Below are positions 50,151 to 61,728 of a DNA stretch of 64,000 nucleotides, piece after piece (positions within the stretch are counted from its first letter, which is position 1; each line of letters opens with the position of its first letter). The notes under the pieces were generated by a model. The model searched no databases, had not been told where the DNA came from, and was given only the letters and a program-made list of their open reading frames with translations. The position numbers were made by a program, and so were the translations under genes. This DNA comes from Oopsacas minuta (taxonomy: Eukaryota; Animalia; Porifera), in assembly GCA_024704765.1 (NCBI GenBank), contig JAKMXF010000298.1, positions 1 to 64,000 on the forward strand, in the 5' to 3' direction.

Positions 50151-53002
50151 TTATAAGTCGTTTTGAATATCTTGAATTGTCGAGGTTAGTTTTTGGAATT
50201 TTAGTTGCATATGTTTTCGTTCTTGCGATATCTCGAATAGTAATGTTCTCATCTCCTCTTCCACTCCCCGCTCTTTCTCCTTCGCTTTTACGATTTGTTC
50301 GTCCGCCTCAGCTCGCAATTCAGAAACCTTTCTGTTAAATTCCGCAGACATCTCGTGGAGAGCTTGTTTTTTCTCAAATTCTAACTTTTCCCTATAACCA
50401 TTAGTTTCTGATATTATCTTTTCCATCTGTTGCTTCTCTTGAGAGATTTGTGTTTCTCTCTCAGCAAACTTCAGCTTTGCTTGTGTCATTTCATTCTCAA
50501 TTGTACTTATAACTTCTACTTTTTCATTCCACTGAGATTTAAGATAAGAATACTTTTCCTTAAATTTCTCTTTCTCTTCGTTGCTCGCTTCTATATTCTC
50601 AGATAATTCTCTTAACTGACAAGACATATCTTCGTATTGAGCTTCAAGTTGTTGATAATCGTTATTTCTATCAGAAGCTATTTTATCCATATCTTTCAAA
50701 TTGTTATTTAGCGATAAATTCTCTTCTTTCAATGCTCTAATAGAACTTTTGAGCTCAGTAATGGAATCGTTTTGATCGTTAATTATCTTCACTTTAATTT
50801 TCAAGTTGTCTCTCTCCTCACTCAGCAGTTTTGCTAGCTGTGTCATTTCAGATCTCTGAGATTCTATCTGAGCTTCTAATCTCCCTTGATCGTGTGCTAG
50901 AGCAGCTCCTTGTTTTGCTAACTCCTGACTCCACAATTCCCTCTCTTGTCTCAATCCAGAAGCTACAGATCTCTCAGCTGTCAGTTGACCTGTCAAATGT
51001 TCGTGTTCATTTGACATCTTTTCGTAGTTATCAGCCATTATTCTAGCCTCCTCTAGCTCTTCTTGAAGAGAGCATATCTTAGCTTGAAATTCACATAACA
51101 TATTGTCATTAGACTGAGCCAATGTTTGTAGCTTGTGTTTCTGCTCTTTAACCATACTAGTCAGGTCAGATACTAGCTGTGTAGCTTTATGCTCACGTTG
51201 AGATACAGTGATAAATTGTGAGTCTATTCGTAACAACTCCTCGGACACTTTGGAATGCTTAATATCTAATTCTGTATATCTATCTGCTTCAATTCTAAGA
51301 GCCATACGGAACTCATCTTCTAGAGATTTGTAGTTCTTATTTCCTTCATCTATCCTGTATTGATATTTTTCAGTCAGTTGTTGAATTTGGAAGTTATATT
51401 TCTCCTGTTCTCTCTGTATCAATAATCTAACCTCTTCACCATCTCTAGGAATTAATTTAGCAGCTATAGCATGATTCTGTTGTTCTTGACTTACAAACAA
51501 AGCTTGTAACTGTTGTAATTGTTCCTTTGTTCTACCATTACTTATAATAGCAATAGCTAGTTCTTGTTGTGTGTGTTCTAACGTCTTTTGGTGAAGAGAG
51601 AATTCTTGCGAAAACTCAATATCTTTATCCTCAAGTTCTGATTTTAACTTCTTATAGACGATCTGTATCTTTTTAAGAGCATCTTGATATCTAACTTCTT
51701 TACCTTTCCAGCCTCTGCATGAATCTTTTAATTCTTCTAATTCAACAGAGAGACCATGGATTCGTTGCTCACTCTCTCTGAGCTTGGTAGCTTGCTTTGT
51801 AATAACTTTATCAAGTCTACTTCCATGCGCTATAGCTAGTTCTTGTTTCCTAACTAATGAACTCTCTTTAGATTGTAATTCTCTTATAAACCCTACTAAT
51901 CTCTTGCTAGCTTCTTCAGCTTTCCATCTCCTCTCTCTCTCACTCTCCAGCTCAGCTACAAGCATGTTACTCTCTCCTCTCTTCCCTTCGTTACCCCTAG
52001 ACCCTTCAATCTTGTTACCTTGTATCTGTATAGGGACTTGATCTTTCTGAGGTTTGTTTCTCTGTAGACAGACTGGAGGAGATTGGTTCCCTTCAAACGG
52101 ATCAAACTCATAACTTGTGTTCTTCTCCTCACCCTCTGCATCCTCCTTATCAAGAATATGTACCAACAACTCTTCTATATGCTGTAATCTAGTATGATCC
52201 CCTAAGCGATCGGTCTGTCCTCCAGCTGATACACTAGACCCATCCATAGAGTCACTCAACCCATCTACACCCAATAGTCTATTTTGCCTGTATAGCTTAA
52301 GAGCTTTATCTAGCTGAGGTATATCCTTCATATTAACACTAGATTCTATAGAAGAGCTAGATGAGTTATGGATTGACTGTGTGTGTAGTTTTAGTAGCTC
52401 ATCAAGTTCAGGCATTAAATTAAGTGACAGAGAGGGAGATACACTAACTCCATCTCTATCCACACCATCTATTATATCTATACTAGTCAGTATAGTGTGT
52501 AGCTGAGCTCTGTAGTCAGGTTGTGAAATACAGACTGGATTAGAAATCTCATCTCGTTTAAGAACTAATTCTCTAAGCGTTTTGTTATTCTTTAACACCT
52601 GTACAGGTGTGAAATACTACACAATTGGTTTCCATGTAAGAGTAGTATTCTCAGATTATGATTAGGAGTAGAGAAGTTACGTAGAGGCGTGACGTCACTC
52701 AGAGAATTAAAAGAAAGATCTAACCTAACTAGTTTAGTGAGGAGAGCTAAGGTAGGAGTTAATACAGATATTCTGTTACAAGCTAGATTCAGAGAAGTTA
52801 GTGCTATCAACAGCTCTATTCCATCTGTATTAGTTAGGAGATTAGAACTTATGTCAAGAGTCTTAAGAGAATGACAGGTCTGTGACAGAGTATCTCTATC
52901 AAGGAGCTTTATACTGTTACAGTGTAGATTGAGATAGGAAATACAGCTGGGAAGATCTGTAGGGAATCTAGTTAGCTTCTCGTCTATCAAAGATATTTCC
53001 AT
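50151..53002 (-). CDS. LRRCC1: Leucine-rich repeat and coiled-coil protein LRRCC1, split by an apparent 1-bp frameshift near 52600
   Basis: LRRs (LNLHCNSI, LDISSNLL, LNLACNRI, LDLSFNSL, LHGNQL) continue in another frame into the LRR cap NPVC..DYR..LHTIL; then LESERERRWKAEEA and MALRIEADRY coiled-coil motifs. ATG at 53002. Confidence 0.88.
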
Positions 53003-53095
53003 TCTAAAGAAACACAAATAATTAGTTAATATACTAAATACGATAGTTATTTATCAAATTCCTCTATACACAAATAGCATACAATATATTACTCA

Positions 53096-54019
53096 CTACA
53101 CAGGCAAGACTTGTATAGTTAAGTAAGATAGGTGAGGAGCAAAGTGATTAAACAGCTGAGATAACACCTGTTGACTATTCGACTCCTCTTTAACTTTAAC
53201 ATGCATAGAAGCAGCTAATGACTTGAAGCCTACCCTCCAAAAGAACTCACGCTGTATCTCAATAACTCCATCGAATGTCGAAGCTTCTCTCAACAATTTA
53301 TCAACTGTTTGAACATCATTAGGACTCAAACACTGTAGCAGTATTCTCCCCGTAGATATAGCTATAGGTAAGAACGTACAGATAGTCATGGATGTTATGA
53401 ATATGGTAGCTACTATATCTGCATGGAGGAGGTTATCAAGCTCTATCAGTACCTGCGATAGTATTACAGCTATACCACATACTATATTAACTATCGTTAA
53501 AGCACTCATCTTGCCAGGGAGAAGTGAAGATAGAAATGTAACATTCTTGTACAGCTTATGTTGATACGATATTGTATTGGATTGATTGGAGTATAAGAGT
53601 TCATAGTGAGGACAATTGGTACGTAGAATATGTGAGAATACACAGCTGAAGAGGATATTAACAATCACAAATGTGAATGTGTGATAAGTAGTCACAACAG
53701 AGTATGTTTCAAACAAGGATTCAATAGCATGTTTTATAATAGATAAACTCATTAGGATATTTATTATAGTAGACACGAAAATACCCAGAACATCCAAACG
53801 CTCATAACCGAATGGATATTGAGCTGGTATAGCAGACTTGTTAATACAAAGCATGATAAGAAATGTTAAGAAATACATGACGTCATATAACAACAGAGAA
53901 GAATACGCGTTTAGTGCTAGACTATGAGTTAATAGACAGTAATAGCTGAGAGAGAACATGTATAGTGTACTGGTAAGCAGGAATACTAGATACAAACGGA
54001 TACCTGAGTCTCTGAACAT
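53096..54019 (-). CDS. SLC30A6: Zinc transporter ZnT6-like (CDF family); start uncertain
   Basis: SLALNAYS..LYD; YPFGYERLDVL; GRILLQ; LLREASTFDGVIE...FW; ASMHVKV. First in-frame ATG is at 54019, but the open frame extends to a GTG at 54160. Confidence 0.88.
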   Translation of the reverse strand: MFRDSGIRLYLVFLLTSTLYMFSLSYYCLLTHSLALNAYSSLLLYDVMYFLTFLIMLCINKSAIPAQYPFGYERLDVLGIFVSTIINILMSLSIIKHAIESLFETYSVVTTYHTFTFVIVNILFSCVFSHILRTNCPHYELLYSNQSNTISYQHKLYKNVTFLSSLLPGKMSALTIVNIVCGIAVILSQVLIELDNLLHADIVATIFITSMTICTFLPIAISTGRILLQCLSPNDVQTVDKLLREASTFDGVIEIQREFFWRVGFKSLAASMHVKVKEESNSQQVLSQLFNHFAPHLSYLTIQVLPV

Positions 54020-54259
54020 ATCGAGTGTAAACGAACATATTTCCTTCAAGTGAGCATGTATATAGCTAGGTATATATTGTAAACGGATTAATATATTTAC
54101 AGCTGGCTTATTCAAACTAAGAATCTGTATTGATAAATATACCCATATACGTATATGCACATCATAATGCTAATTTAATACATAATCTAGGTTATCACAC
54201 AGTTCAGAAATATAATTTACAATCAGCGCCCAGACTTTATTAATTACTCTACAATAATG

Positions 54260-55696
54260 CTAATAAAATGTACAATTGAGGTTTTTAGCTGTAGAATAGA
54301 ATTTCCTTTTGTCAATAGTTGATACACCTAGTTCATCTAATTCTTCCAAAACTTGCTTGAACTCCTCTACCAAGTTAATCTCACAATTACTAGCATCTAA
54401 ATACAATAATAGTGTAAATATATCTTGTAAGTCTTCAACCTTATTAGGAGGATATCTAGGTGGATTTAGCTCAGCATAGCAACTCCCAAACCTAACCACC
54501 GCTTCCTTAGAAAGAGATTGAAAAGCTCTAGCAAAACAAATACGATTACGTAGAAGTTTGAATGCTTTCCCTCTTTTATTAGATATCTTTAACTTCACGA
54601 GATCACAGAATTCTTTGTCTAATTCTTGAATATCTATAGGAAGCTTTTCGTATATAGTCTGTATACGATTTGCTATCGACACAGCTTCAAGGTAATACAG
54701 TATTTCTATTAGAAGGGTAATACATAGCTCGCATCTATTACTGAGATCTTCTAATAATGTACTGCTCTGCTGCTTATCTTTACTAGGTATTTGGTAGGTA
54801 AAGCAGAGTACAGAGTTCAAAGGATAGAGAACCTCTTCACTAATTACTTTAATCAAATCAGCACGAATATGCTCAAGAGCTTTACCATCCCTATAACATC
54901 CAATTTGTGAGTATTTAGCATCTTTCCAGGGTTTGTTGGCTAATCGATCCAAGCTAGGAATAGAGAATGTCTTAATTGTTACGTCACTACCATCTATTTT
55001 GTATAAATGGATGTCTGTACTCTTTTCAAAATCAATTCCAAATTCAGTGAGATACTTCTTGAGATGTTTAGCATACCTTCTATAGCAAGAACTTTCCAAA
55101 ATTTCAATAAATAACTTCCAACGCAGAGCTCTATGTGAATCTAGTAATTGTACTAGCTTTATTGTGGAGTTACAATTTTCAAACTCAGCAGGACTTAGTT
55201 GTGTTGAAAAACTATCTTTGAAAACGAAGTAATCCTCGCAGTTAGTGCTCTCTCCTTCAAACGTCTTAACTACAGCTATTCTAGCTTCGGGATCTTTAAG
55301 AAGATATCCAGTACTCTTGCTCTCAAGTATCTCCATTAATTCACCCCTCGCATACTCTCTATCTCTTTCTAGATCCTGTATATCCAGTTTTTTACAGATC
55401 TCTTCTAGCTTTCCAGCTAGATTTATCTGCTCAAGAGATTCTAGTTGAGATATCAGATGTGAGAGAGATAGCAGTTTTCTATTACTGAGATGTCTAATGA
55501 ATTTAATGGTAGCCTCTATAGTTGATTCTTTAAGAGTATTCTCTACTTCTAATCCGTTAAGGAATCGTATTTTCTGAATAAGGTCTGTTGTCAAGTTTTC
55601 AGAAAGGATTTTAAGTATCATACCTCTGTGCATCGCGAAAATAGACCCGTATACGGTGCCTAACTTCGGATCTTCAATAGGCAAGTAGCTAGCCAT
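54260..55696 (-). CDS. Protein with about 4 tandem death-fold (DED-like) repeats and no catalytic domain
   Basis: Likely start MASYLP at 55696, just after a strong acceptor. Repeated helical units such as ILKILSENL...IRFL...LLSLSHLISQLESLEQINLAGKL and LLIEILYYLEAVSIANRI. Confidence 0.6.
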   Translation of the reverse strand: MASYLPIEDPKLGTVYGSIFAMHRGMILKILSENLTTDLIQKIRFLNGLEVENTLKESTIEATIKFIRHLSNRKLLSLSHLISQLESLEQINLAGKLEEICKKLDIQDLERDREYARGELMEILESKSTGYLLKDPEARIAVVKTFEGESTNCEDYFVFKDSFSTQLSPAEFENCNSTIKLVQLLDSHRALRWKLFIEILESSCYRRYAKHLKKYLTEFGIDFEKSTDIHLYKIDGSDVTIKTFSIPSLDRLANKPWKDAKYSQIGCYRDGKALEHIRADLIKVISEEVLYPLNSVLCFTYQIPSKDKQQSSTLLEDLSNRCELCITLLIEILYYLEAVSIANRIQTIYEKLPIDIQELDKEFCDLVKLKISNKRGKAFKLLRNRICFARAFQSLSKEAVVRFGSCYAELNPPRYPPNKVEDLQDIFTLLLYLDASNCEINLVEEFKQVLEELDELGVSTIDKRKFYSTAKNLNCTFY

Positions 55697-55757
55697 TTGA
55701 ACTAAAATACAAGAGAAATGCAAGGCAAGTAGTTCAGTACACAATAATGGAATAATA

Positions 55758-55991
55758 TTATAATAATTTGAGGAAGTTATATGTATATACGAGAACTCTA
55801 TCATTCCAAATCTTATCCTCCACATTAGCTCCATTATACCATTGGTTGTCTAGGTCATCTGAATAAGGATATTCATTCTCTATAATCTCTATATCTTCAT
55901 CAGGAACCTTCTCCATTTTCCATCTGCTATCTATCATGCTTTCTTCAAGTACGAGAGGGTGAATGACGTCATAGATAAGATAATCTTCCAT
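55758..55991 (-). CDS. ANAPC13: Anaphase-promoting complex subunit 13
   Basis: 77 aa. IDSRWKMEKVPDEDIEI..NEYP...DN...KIWNDRVL follows the APC13 pattern IDDAWREDKLPYEDVAIP.NELP...DN...KWTDLAL. Confidence 0.75.
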   Translation of the reverse strand: MEDYLIYDVIHPLVLEESMIDSRWKMEKVPDEDIEIIENEYPYSDDLDNQWYNGANVEDKIWNDRVLVYTYNFLKLL

Positions 55992-56173
55992 TAAGCTAAC
56001 TGTAAAGTATAAGTTATAAGATCATATATTGGTATCAATATCGCGTTAGCTATTACTCCCTATACACTCCATATACGATATAGTTTTAATAAAGCATAAA
56101 TATCAATATCCATAGTAAAAGATAGCAAAACATAGGGACTACTATATCCATACAGGGGTATAACTTTACGGAT

Positions 56174-57776
56174 CTATAGCTTAGCACGTAATACAATCCT
56201 GTCTATAACCACGACAAGAATAGTAAATGCAGCAAAGAAAACAGCCGTCTTTACCAAGCTGAATGCCTTCCCTAGACCTTCTCTGTGCATTACTAGGCTG
56301 TACAGTCTGTCAGCTGTTTTCCTAGTTATAGGCGGGTAACGCATGGAATTTATCGCTTCTCCACCCTGAGATTTGAGCAACACAGCCTTTTGGTGTGTAA
56401 AGTTTTCAAATGAGTACTTTCCATGATAAGACCCAGTCCCGCTATGTCCTACACCTCCAAATGGTAAGGAAAGACAGCCTGCTTGTACGACAGAGTCATT
56501 AGATACGAAACTCCCAGATGTAGTCCTGTCTCTGAATATCTCTACTATCTTCTTATCTTTACAGAACACGTATATAGATAGGGACCTTTCTTCTACAAAC
56601 AAAAATACATATACATACATACTTTTGATAAATTTCATTCTGCATTTTTAACATACCTGCTTCATTGATAACATCCAAGGCATGTTCATACGAGTCTACT
56701 TGTAAGATAGGCAGAACAGGCCCAAATATCTCTCCATCAAATAGGCTGTCATCTGTCTTGACATTCTTAACAATAGTAGGAGCCAGATACCTCTCATCTA
56801 TGTCCCTCTCTCCTCCCAATACGATCTCCCCTTTTGTGTTGTCTAGCATTTTCGTAATTCTGTTCAATTGCATCTTGTTAATTATCCTTCCATAGTCTGA
56901 GAATGTTTGAGGATTATCTGTATAGAATTTCTTAACAGTTCTAATCATTGCTTCAGTGAAAGGCTCTACTACAGAGCTATGACATAGAACATAATCAGGA
57001 GCTAAACAAGTCTGCCCCACATTCATGAATTTACCCCAAGCAATCCTCTTAGCGGTTACATCGAGGTCAACATCTGAATGGACATAAGTTGGGTTCTTTC
57101 CTCCTAATTCTAGCGTTACAGGGGTAAGATGATCACAAGCTGCTTTCGATATTATCTTTGCTATTCTGTTACTGCCTGTGTAGAAGATATGCTCCCAGCG
57201 ATATTCTAGCATCTTCTGGGTTTCCTTCGCAGCCCCGTTTAGCACAGCGTAGCACTCAGGGTCCATATACTTGGTAACGAGATCTGTCACTACCTTAGCA
57301 CAATGAGGAGCAATTTCAGATGGTTTCAATATAGCACAATTCCCCCCAGCAATAGCACCAGCTAGTGGAAGTAGGACCAATTGTATGGGATAATTCCACG
57401 CCCCAATAATCAGCACCATACCATACGGGTCTCGCTTAATATGCACATCGTCCATGGCGTATAGGAAAGACTTAGAAACGTATTCAGGTTTGTTCCATTC
57501 TTCTAATCGTGAAGCAAAAAGACGTAACTCATTCTCTATCGCACATATCTCGAATAATACACTCTCTGAGTAGCCTTTATTCAAATCCATTTTCAGAGCC
57601 TCGCAAATAACTTCTTTCTCGTTTTCCATTATTTTGCTCAATTGTCCTAACTGTTCCTTCCTGTAGGAGAGAGGGTGTGCGCGTTGAGATTTTACACTCT
57701 TCCTGAGTCTCTCATAATTCTCCTGAATTTGCTGGTCAGTTGAATAATAATCTTCAATATTGAATACGTCTGTCAT
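56174..57776 (-). CDS. ALDH3A2: Class 3 (fatty) aldehyde dehydrogenase with C-terminal TM anchor; exons 57776-56657 and 56592-56174
   Basis: IGAWNYP; TLELGGKNP; GQTCLAPDY; EIFGPVLP; FGGVGHSGTGSYHG. A 64-bp phase-1 intron joins two track ORFs. Confidence 0.92.
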
Positions 57777-57979
57777 TATGCTCAAGTTATAAACTAGTGA
57801 ATGGAATACTAATAGATTTATACTCTCAGATTAGAATCACGAGTACTAAAATTAGCCTAAGGTTCATGCATGTGTACGCTAGTTAATGAACCTTGCTAGT
57901 AATACGTAATTAATTAATACTGGGGATAATAATAAAATTCGTGTCTACCATTACTCATATTTTTAGAAGAGTATCATTC
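57777..57979. promoter_or_regulatory. Probable bidirectional promoter between ALDH3 and MPG, containing a 9-bp inverted repeat
   Basis: 203 bp between divergent ATGs; aaggttcat (57859-57867) and atgaacctt (57886-57894). Confidence 0.45.
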
Positions 57980-58663
57980 ATGGCTACAAAGCGTACTAAA
58001 CTAACAGAATCACCAATTATGATTACAGAGGAAAACTTCTTCAACCAGGACTGTGATATCTTAGCCAGAAATCTACTAGGCTGTACTCTAGTTAGTGTAA
58101 CAGATAAAGGGGTGTGTTCAGGGAAGATAGTAGAGACAGAAGCTTATCTAGGTGGAGAAGATAAGGGAGCACATTCGTATGGAGGCAAGAGAACAGCAAA
58201 GAACGAGTCTATGTTCCTACCACCAGGAACGAGCTATGTGTATCATATATACGGTATGTATTGTTGCTATAACGTGTCAGCTAAAGGGGAGGGAGCTGCA
58301 GTGCTTGTACGTGCCCTAGAGCCTGTCAAAGGGAAGGAGATAATGACAGCAAGGAGAGAGAAAAATAGAAAAACAAATTCTAGCAAAATAAAAGTTGTAG
58401 AGTTATGCAATGGCCCTTCTAAGCTTACACAAGCTTTAGGTATAACTAAAGCTGGTGTAGATAGACAGCTGGTTACAACTAGTGACTTAATTTGGATAGA
58501 AAACAGATCTCAAGAAGATTATGACATTAGCATACTCTCTGGGCCTAGGATTGGGATAGACTATGCAGGACCAGAATGGTCAATGAAACCTCTGAGATTC
58601 TATATAAATGATAATCCATTCGTTAGTGTACCTAGACCCTCCAAGAGTAAGAAGAAAAAATAA
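57980..58663 (+). CDS. MPG: DNA-3-methyladenine glycosylase (AAG)
   Basis: IVETEAY; YVYHIYGMY; GAAVLVRALEP; LCNGPSKL; GPRIGI. ATG at 57980 (the track start is GTG). Confidence 0.96.
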   Translation: MATKRTKLTESPIMITEENFFNQDCDILARNLLGCTLVSVTDKGVCSGKIVETEAYLGGEDKGAHSYGGKRTAKNESMFLPPGTSYVYHIYGMYCCYNVSAKGEGAAVLVRALEPVKGKEIMTARREKNRKTNSSKIKVVELCNGPSKLTQALGITKAGVDRQLVTTSDLIWIENRSQEDYDISILSGPRIGIDYAGPEWSMKPLRFYINDNPFVSVPRPSKSKKKK

Positions 58664-58883
58664 CTACCCCCCTACCTTATTGCATTTCAAAAACTATCAT
58701 TTTAGTAACATATCTGCATGTTTATTTTCATAGCTTTTTATCCGAAACTATATACAATCAATTCCTTACGAAATTTCCGTCATATATAAGCTCAATGGAC
58801 CGCAATAATTACTTCTTTGTAAGCGGGGTTCGATATAACTGATTCGTACAATTTCAAATGTATAATTAGAAAAGGCTACAGAT

Positions 58884-59945
58884 ATGGAACTACTTGACAC
58901 TATAGATGACCTTATGGATTCCAGGAGATCACTGCCTCCAGATCCTGAGCTTACTAGTCAGAGCAAGAGGACAGGGAAGCTACAAGTACCTTGGATAGAG
59001 AAATACAGACCCACACTACTATGTGATATCGTAGGTAATTCTGAGACAATAAAGAGATTTGAAGTGTTTGCAAAACAAGGCAATCTGCCTAACATTATTC
59101 TAGCCGGTCCTCCCGGTACCGGTAAAACCACGTCTATTCTATGTTTAGCGCGTGCTATGCTAGGAGATTCATTCTCTAACGCTGTACTGGAGTTAAATGC
59201 TTCTGACGAGAGAGGAATAGATGTGGTTAGGTCACGTATAAAAGGGTTCTCTCAGCAGAGAGTAACACTACCACAAGGTAAACACAAGATAGTTATACTA
59301 GATGAAGCTGATAGTATGACATCAGGAGCTCAGCAGGCTATGCGTAGAATCATGGAGGTATATTCTCGAACTACGAGGTTTGCTCTAGCATGTAATGACT
59401 CTGAGAAGATAATAGAAGCAATACAATCCCGATGTGCTGTACTCAGATACAGTAGACTCAGTGATGCAGAGATTCTCAGTCGTCTGCTGGAGATTTGTAA
59501 CAAAGAAAAAGTTTCTAAGACAGATGAAGGATTAGAAGCGATTGTATTCACAGCACAAGGAGATATGAGACAGGGTATTAATAACTTGCAATCAACACAC
59601 ACTGGATTCGGACTAGTGAATAGTGAATATGTGTTCAAGATTTGTGATGAACCTCACCCTCTATTGATCAAACAGATGCTACTAAGCTGCATTAAGGGGG
59701 AACTCACTGCAGCACATAAAGTACTATACACTCTATGGAGCAAGGGATATTCTTCAGAAGATATTATTAGCACTGTATTCCGTGTGTGTAAGAACCTACC
59801 TATGACTGATATAGCAGAATTCCAGAAACTTGAGTTTATAAAAGAAATAGGAATGACTCATTTGAGGATCAGCGAGGGACTAGGCACTCTCCTACAGCTG
59901 TCTGGACTTGTAGCTAGACTGTGTGCACTTACTTATTTAGATTAG
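58884..59945 (+). CDS. RFC2: Replication factor C subunit 2
   Basis: PWIEKYRP; GPPGTGKTT; [15 protein letters not shown]; [17 protein letters not shown]; SRC motif. Confidence 0.97.
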   Translation: MELLDTIDDLMDSRRSLPPDPELTSQSKRTGKLQVPWIEKYRPTLLCDIVGNSETIKRFEVFAKQGNLPNIILAGPPGTGKTTSILCLARAMLGDSFSNAVLELNASDERGIDVVRSRIKGFSQQRVTLPQGKHKIVILDEADSMTSGAQQAMRRIMEVYSRTTRFALACNDSEKIIEAIQSRCAVLRYSRLSDAEILSRLLEICNKEKVSKTDEGLEAIVFTAQGDMRQGINNLQSTHTGFGLVNSEYVFKICDEPHPLLIKQMLLSCIKGELTAAHKVLYTLWSKGYSSEDIISTVFRVCKNLPMTDIAEFQKLEFIKEIGMTHLRISEGLGTLLQLSGLVARLCALTYLD

Positions 59946-60027
59946 TTATAAAGCATACACTTAGTTTGTTGTCCTAATCGATTAGATAAAGAGTAAATTC
60001 ATACACGTGATTACGGGGTAAGTAATG

Positions 60028-61557
60028 TCATTCTGGGACTATCTTAATCAGTCTAGGCTTAGGTTTAATCTTGTTAGATTCTGTTTTTAATTGATTCATC
60101 TCCTTCCTACAAACTGTCCATTTCCTCTTGACATCTAAGTCCAGAGAATTGAGCAACTTATCCAGTTTAATATCTCTCAAAGTTGTTTCCTCGCGAATCT
60201 TCTCCATAACTTGTTTGTAACTCTTCATCGGTTTGGGTACAGCGAATATTTCAGCTCTATTTATATAAGAAGGGCCTTTCTGGCTACTAACCCCCAGCGT
60301 ATTCATATAGCACTTTACTACAGGAGATTTCCCTAGAGTATTAAACTTAACATTATGGTATATGGGACTTAGCCCTATGAGGGGTGAGTACTCTAGTAAC
60401 GCCTCCTTTTCTGTTTCAGAAGCTACTCTCTCATCTTTATCAGCTGATGGAGTAGAAGGTTTAGCTACTAACTTAGAAATATCACTGTGACTATCTTGCA
60501 CAGATGGTAGAGACTGTGAGAACTTGTCCGGATCAATTCTCCATTCATTCCAAATCAAAGGAGGCGGTTCAATACCAATAACAGTGGTATATATGAGAGT
60601 TGTAATGAACTGACGAAATGATTGATCGAATTCAGGCCGTGACCCTGGGAATAGCGCCCAGAAAGCAACATAAAGAGATTGAGCTAAACAGTCAGAATAT
60701 CTCAAAAAGAACAGATCTCTGAATTTCACAGGAATACGTTGGAACAACTTTACATAAGAAATAGAACATCGAATAAAGTATTTGTATGGCGTCTCAGGTT
60801 CTATGTCAGTCTCTGTATTAAATTTCTCTAGCCAAATTAACCAAAAGAAATCCTGTAGAATAGCACTGGAAGATTCAGAATAGAATATTTTCTTCCAAGA
60901 CTTCATGTAGGAAGTGGTAAAATCCTGGCTATATGATACGAAATCTAGAATTCTAATCGGTTCAATTTGTCCTGGGAGAGGAGTCAATTCCACGTCATCA
61001 AATCCCATAAAAATAGCGTATTGAGCTTTCTTCTCTGATTTATCTCCCCCTCCTCTTTGTCCTCTAACAGCCCTCCCTTGTTTCCCTGGTTTCCTTCCTG
61101 TCCTTTCCTTACTACTAACCATATGATATGGTGTACTAGCCTTAGAAGTTGTATGACTAGCATCTTCACTAGATGCACTCTCACTGTCTGTGTCCTCTGT
61201 AAGGAAAGGATCTGAACTTTTGGATTTAATATCCACTTCGTCATTGGTCTCTAACTTATAAATATGACTACCTAGCTTATTTACCTTATTAGATAATCTG
61301 CTTACAAGATCTTCCAGCTGATCATACATTACGTCATCAAAATAAGCATGAGCTGATAAATCTCTTCTTATAGCCTCTGATTGAGAAAATGGAGTCAGAC
61401 CCAATTCATCTACAAGAACATGTTCCTTTTTCCTATTCCTTACAACTGGCCAGTCTGTATAAACTATATTCTCGCTCTCCAACCAATGCTCGATAGAGGT
61501 TGGGGGTAGAGCTATGTCTTTACGTCGTGACTTAAGCTGTAGTGTACTGCTAAGCAT
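60028..61557 (-). CDS. FAM227B: FAM227-family protein (FWWh domain)
   Basis: SESSSAILQDFFWLIWLEKF; SYVKLF; RYSDCLAQSLY..F...FPGS; FNTLGKSP. ATG at 61557. Confidence 0.85.
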   Translation of the reverse strand: MLSSTLQLKSRRKDIALPPTSIEHWLESENIVYTDWPVVRNRKKEHVLVDELGLTPFSQSEAIRRDLSAHAYFDDVMYDQLEDLVSRLSNKVNKLGSHIYKLETNDEVDIKSKSSDPFLTEDTDSESASSEDASHTTSKASTPYHMVSSKERTGRKPGKQGRAVRGQRGGGDKSEKKAQYAIFMGFDDVELTPLPGQIEPIRILDFVSYSQDFTTSYMKSWKKIFYSESSSAILQDFFWLIWLEKFNTETDIEPETPYKYFIRCSISYVKLFQRIPVKFRDLFFLRYSDCLAQSLYVAFWALFPGSRPEFDQSFRQFITTLIYTTVIGIEPPPLIWNEWRIDPDKFSQSLPSVQDSHSDISKLVAKPSTPSADKDERVASETEKEALLEYSPLIGLSPIYHNVKFNTLGKSPVVKCYMNTLGVSSQKGPSYINRAEIFAVPKPMKSYKQVMEKIREETTLRDIKLDKLLNSLDLDVKRKWTVCRKEMNQLKTESNKIKPKPRLIKIVPE

Positions 61558-61728
61558 TTTATGACTCAATCGCCTTTAATTATTAATAAACTTTATCACA
61601 CAATAATATAATCTATACAAATCATAATAAATATATTCGTACTACGAATCCTAATCTTACACAAAAAGTGTAATTCTAAGTAATTCAAATGTTTATCTAT
61701 ACAAATGAATTATAGGTTCTGCCCAGGG

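Noticed and set aside
53096-54019. Missing zinc-ligand histidines in the CDF transporter
   Set aside because: Expected for ZnT6, the established non-transporting partner of ZnT5.
58785-58840. tRNA-like A-box (agctcaatgg) and B-box (ggttcga)
   Set aside because: Spacing is short, and the D, anticodon, T and acceptor stems do not pair.
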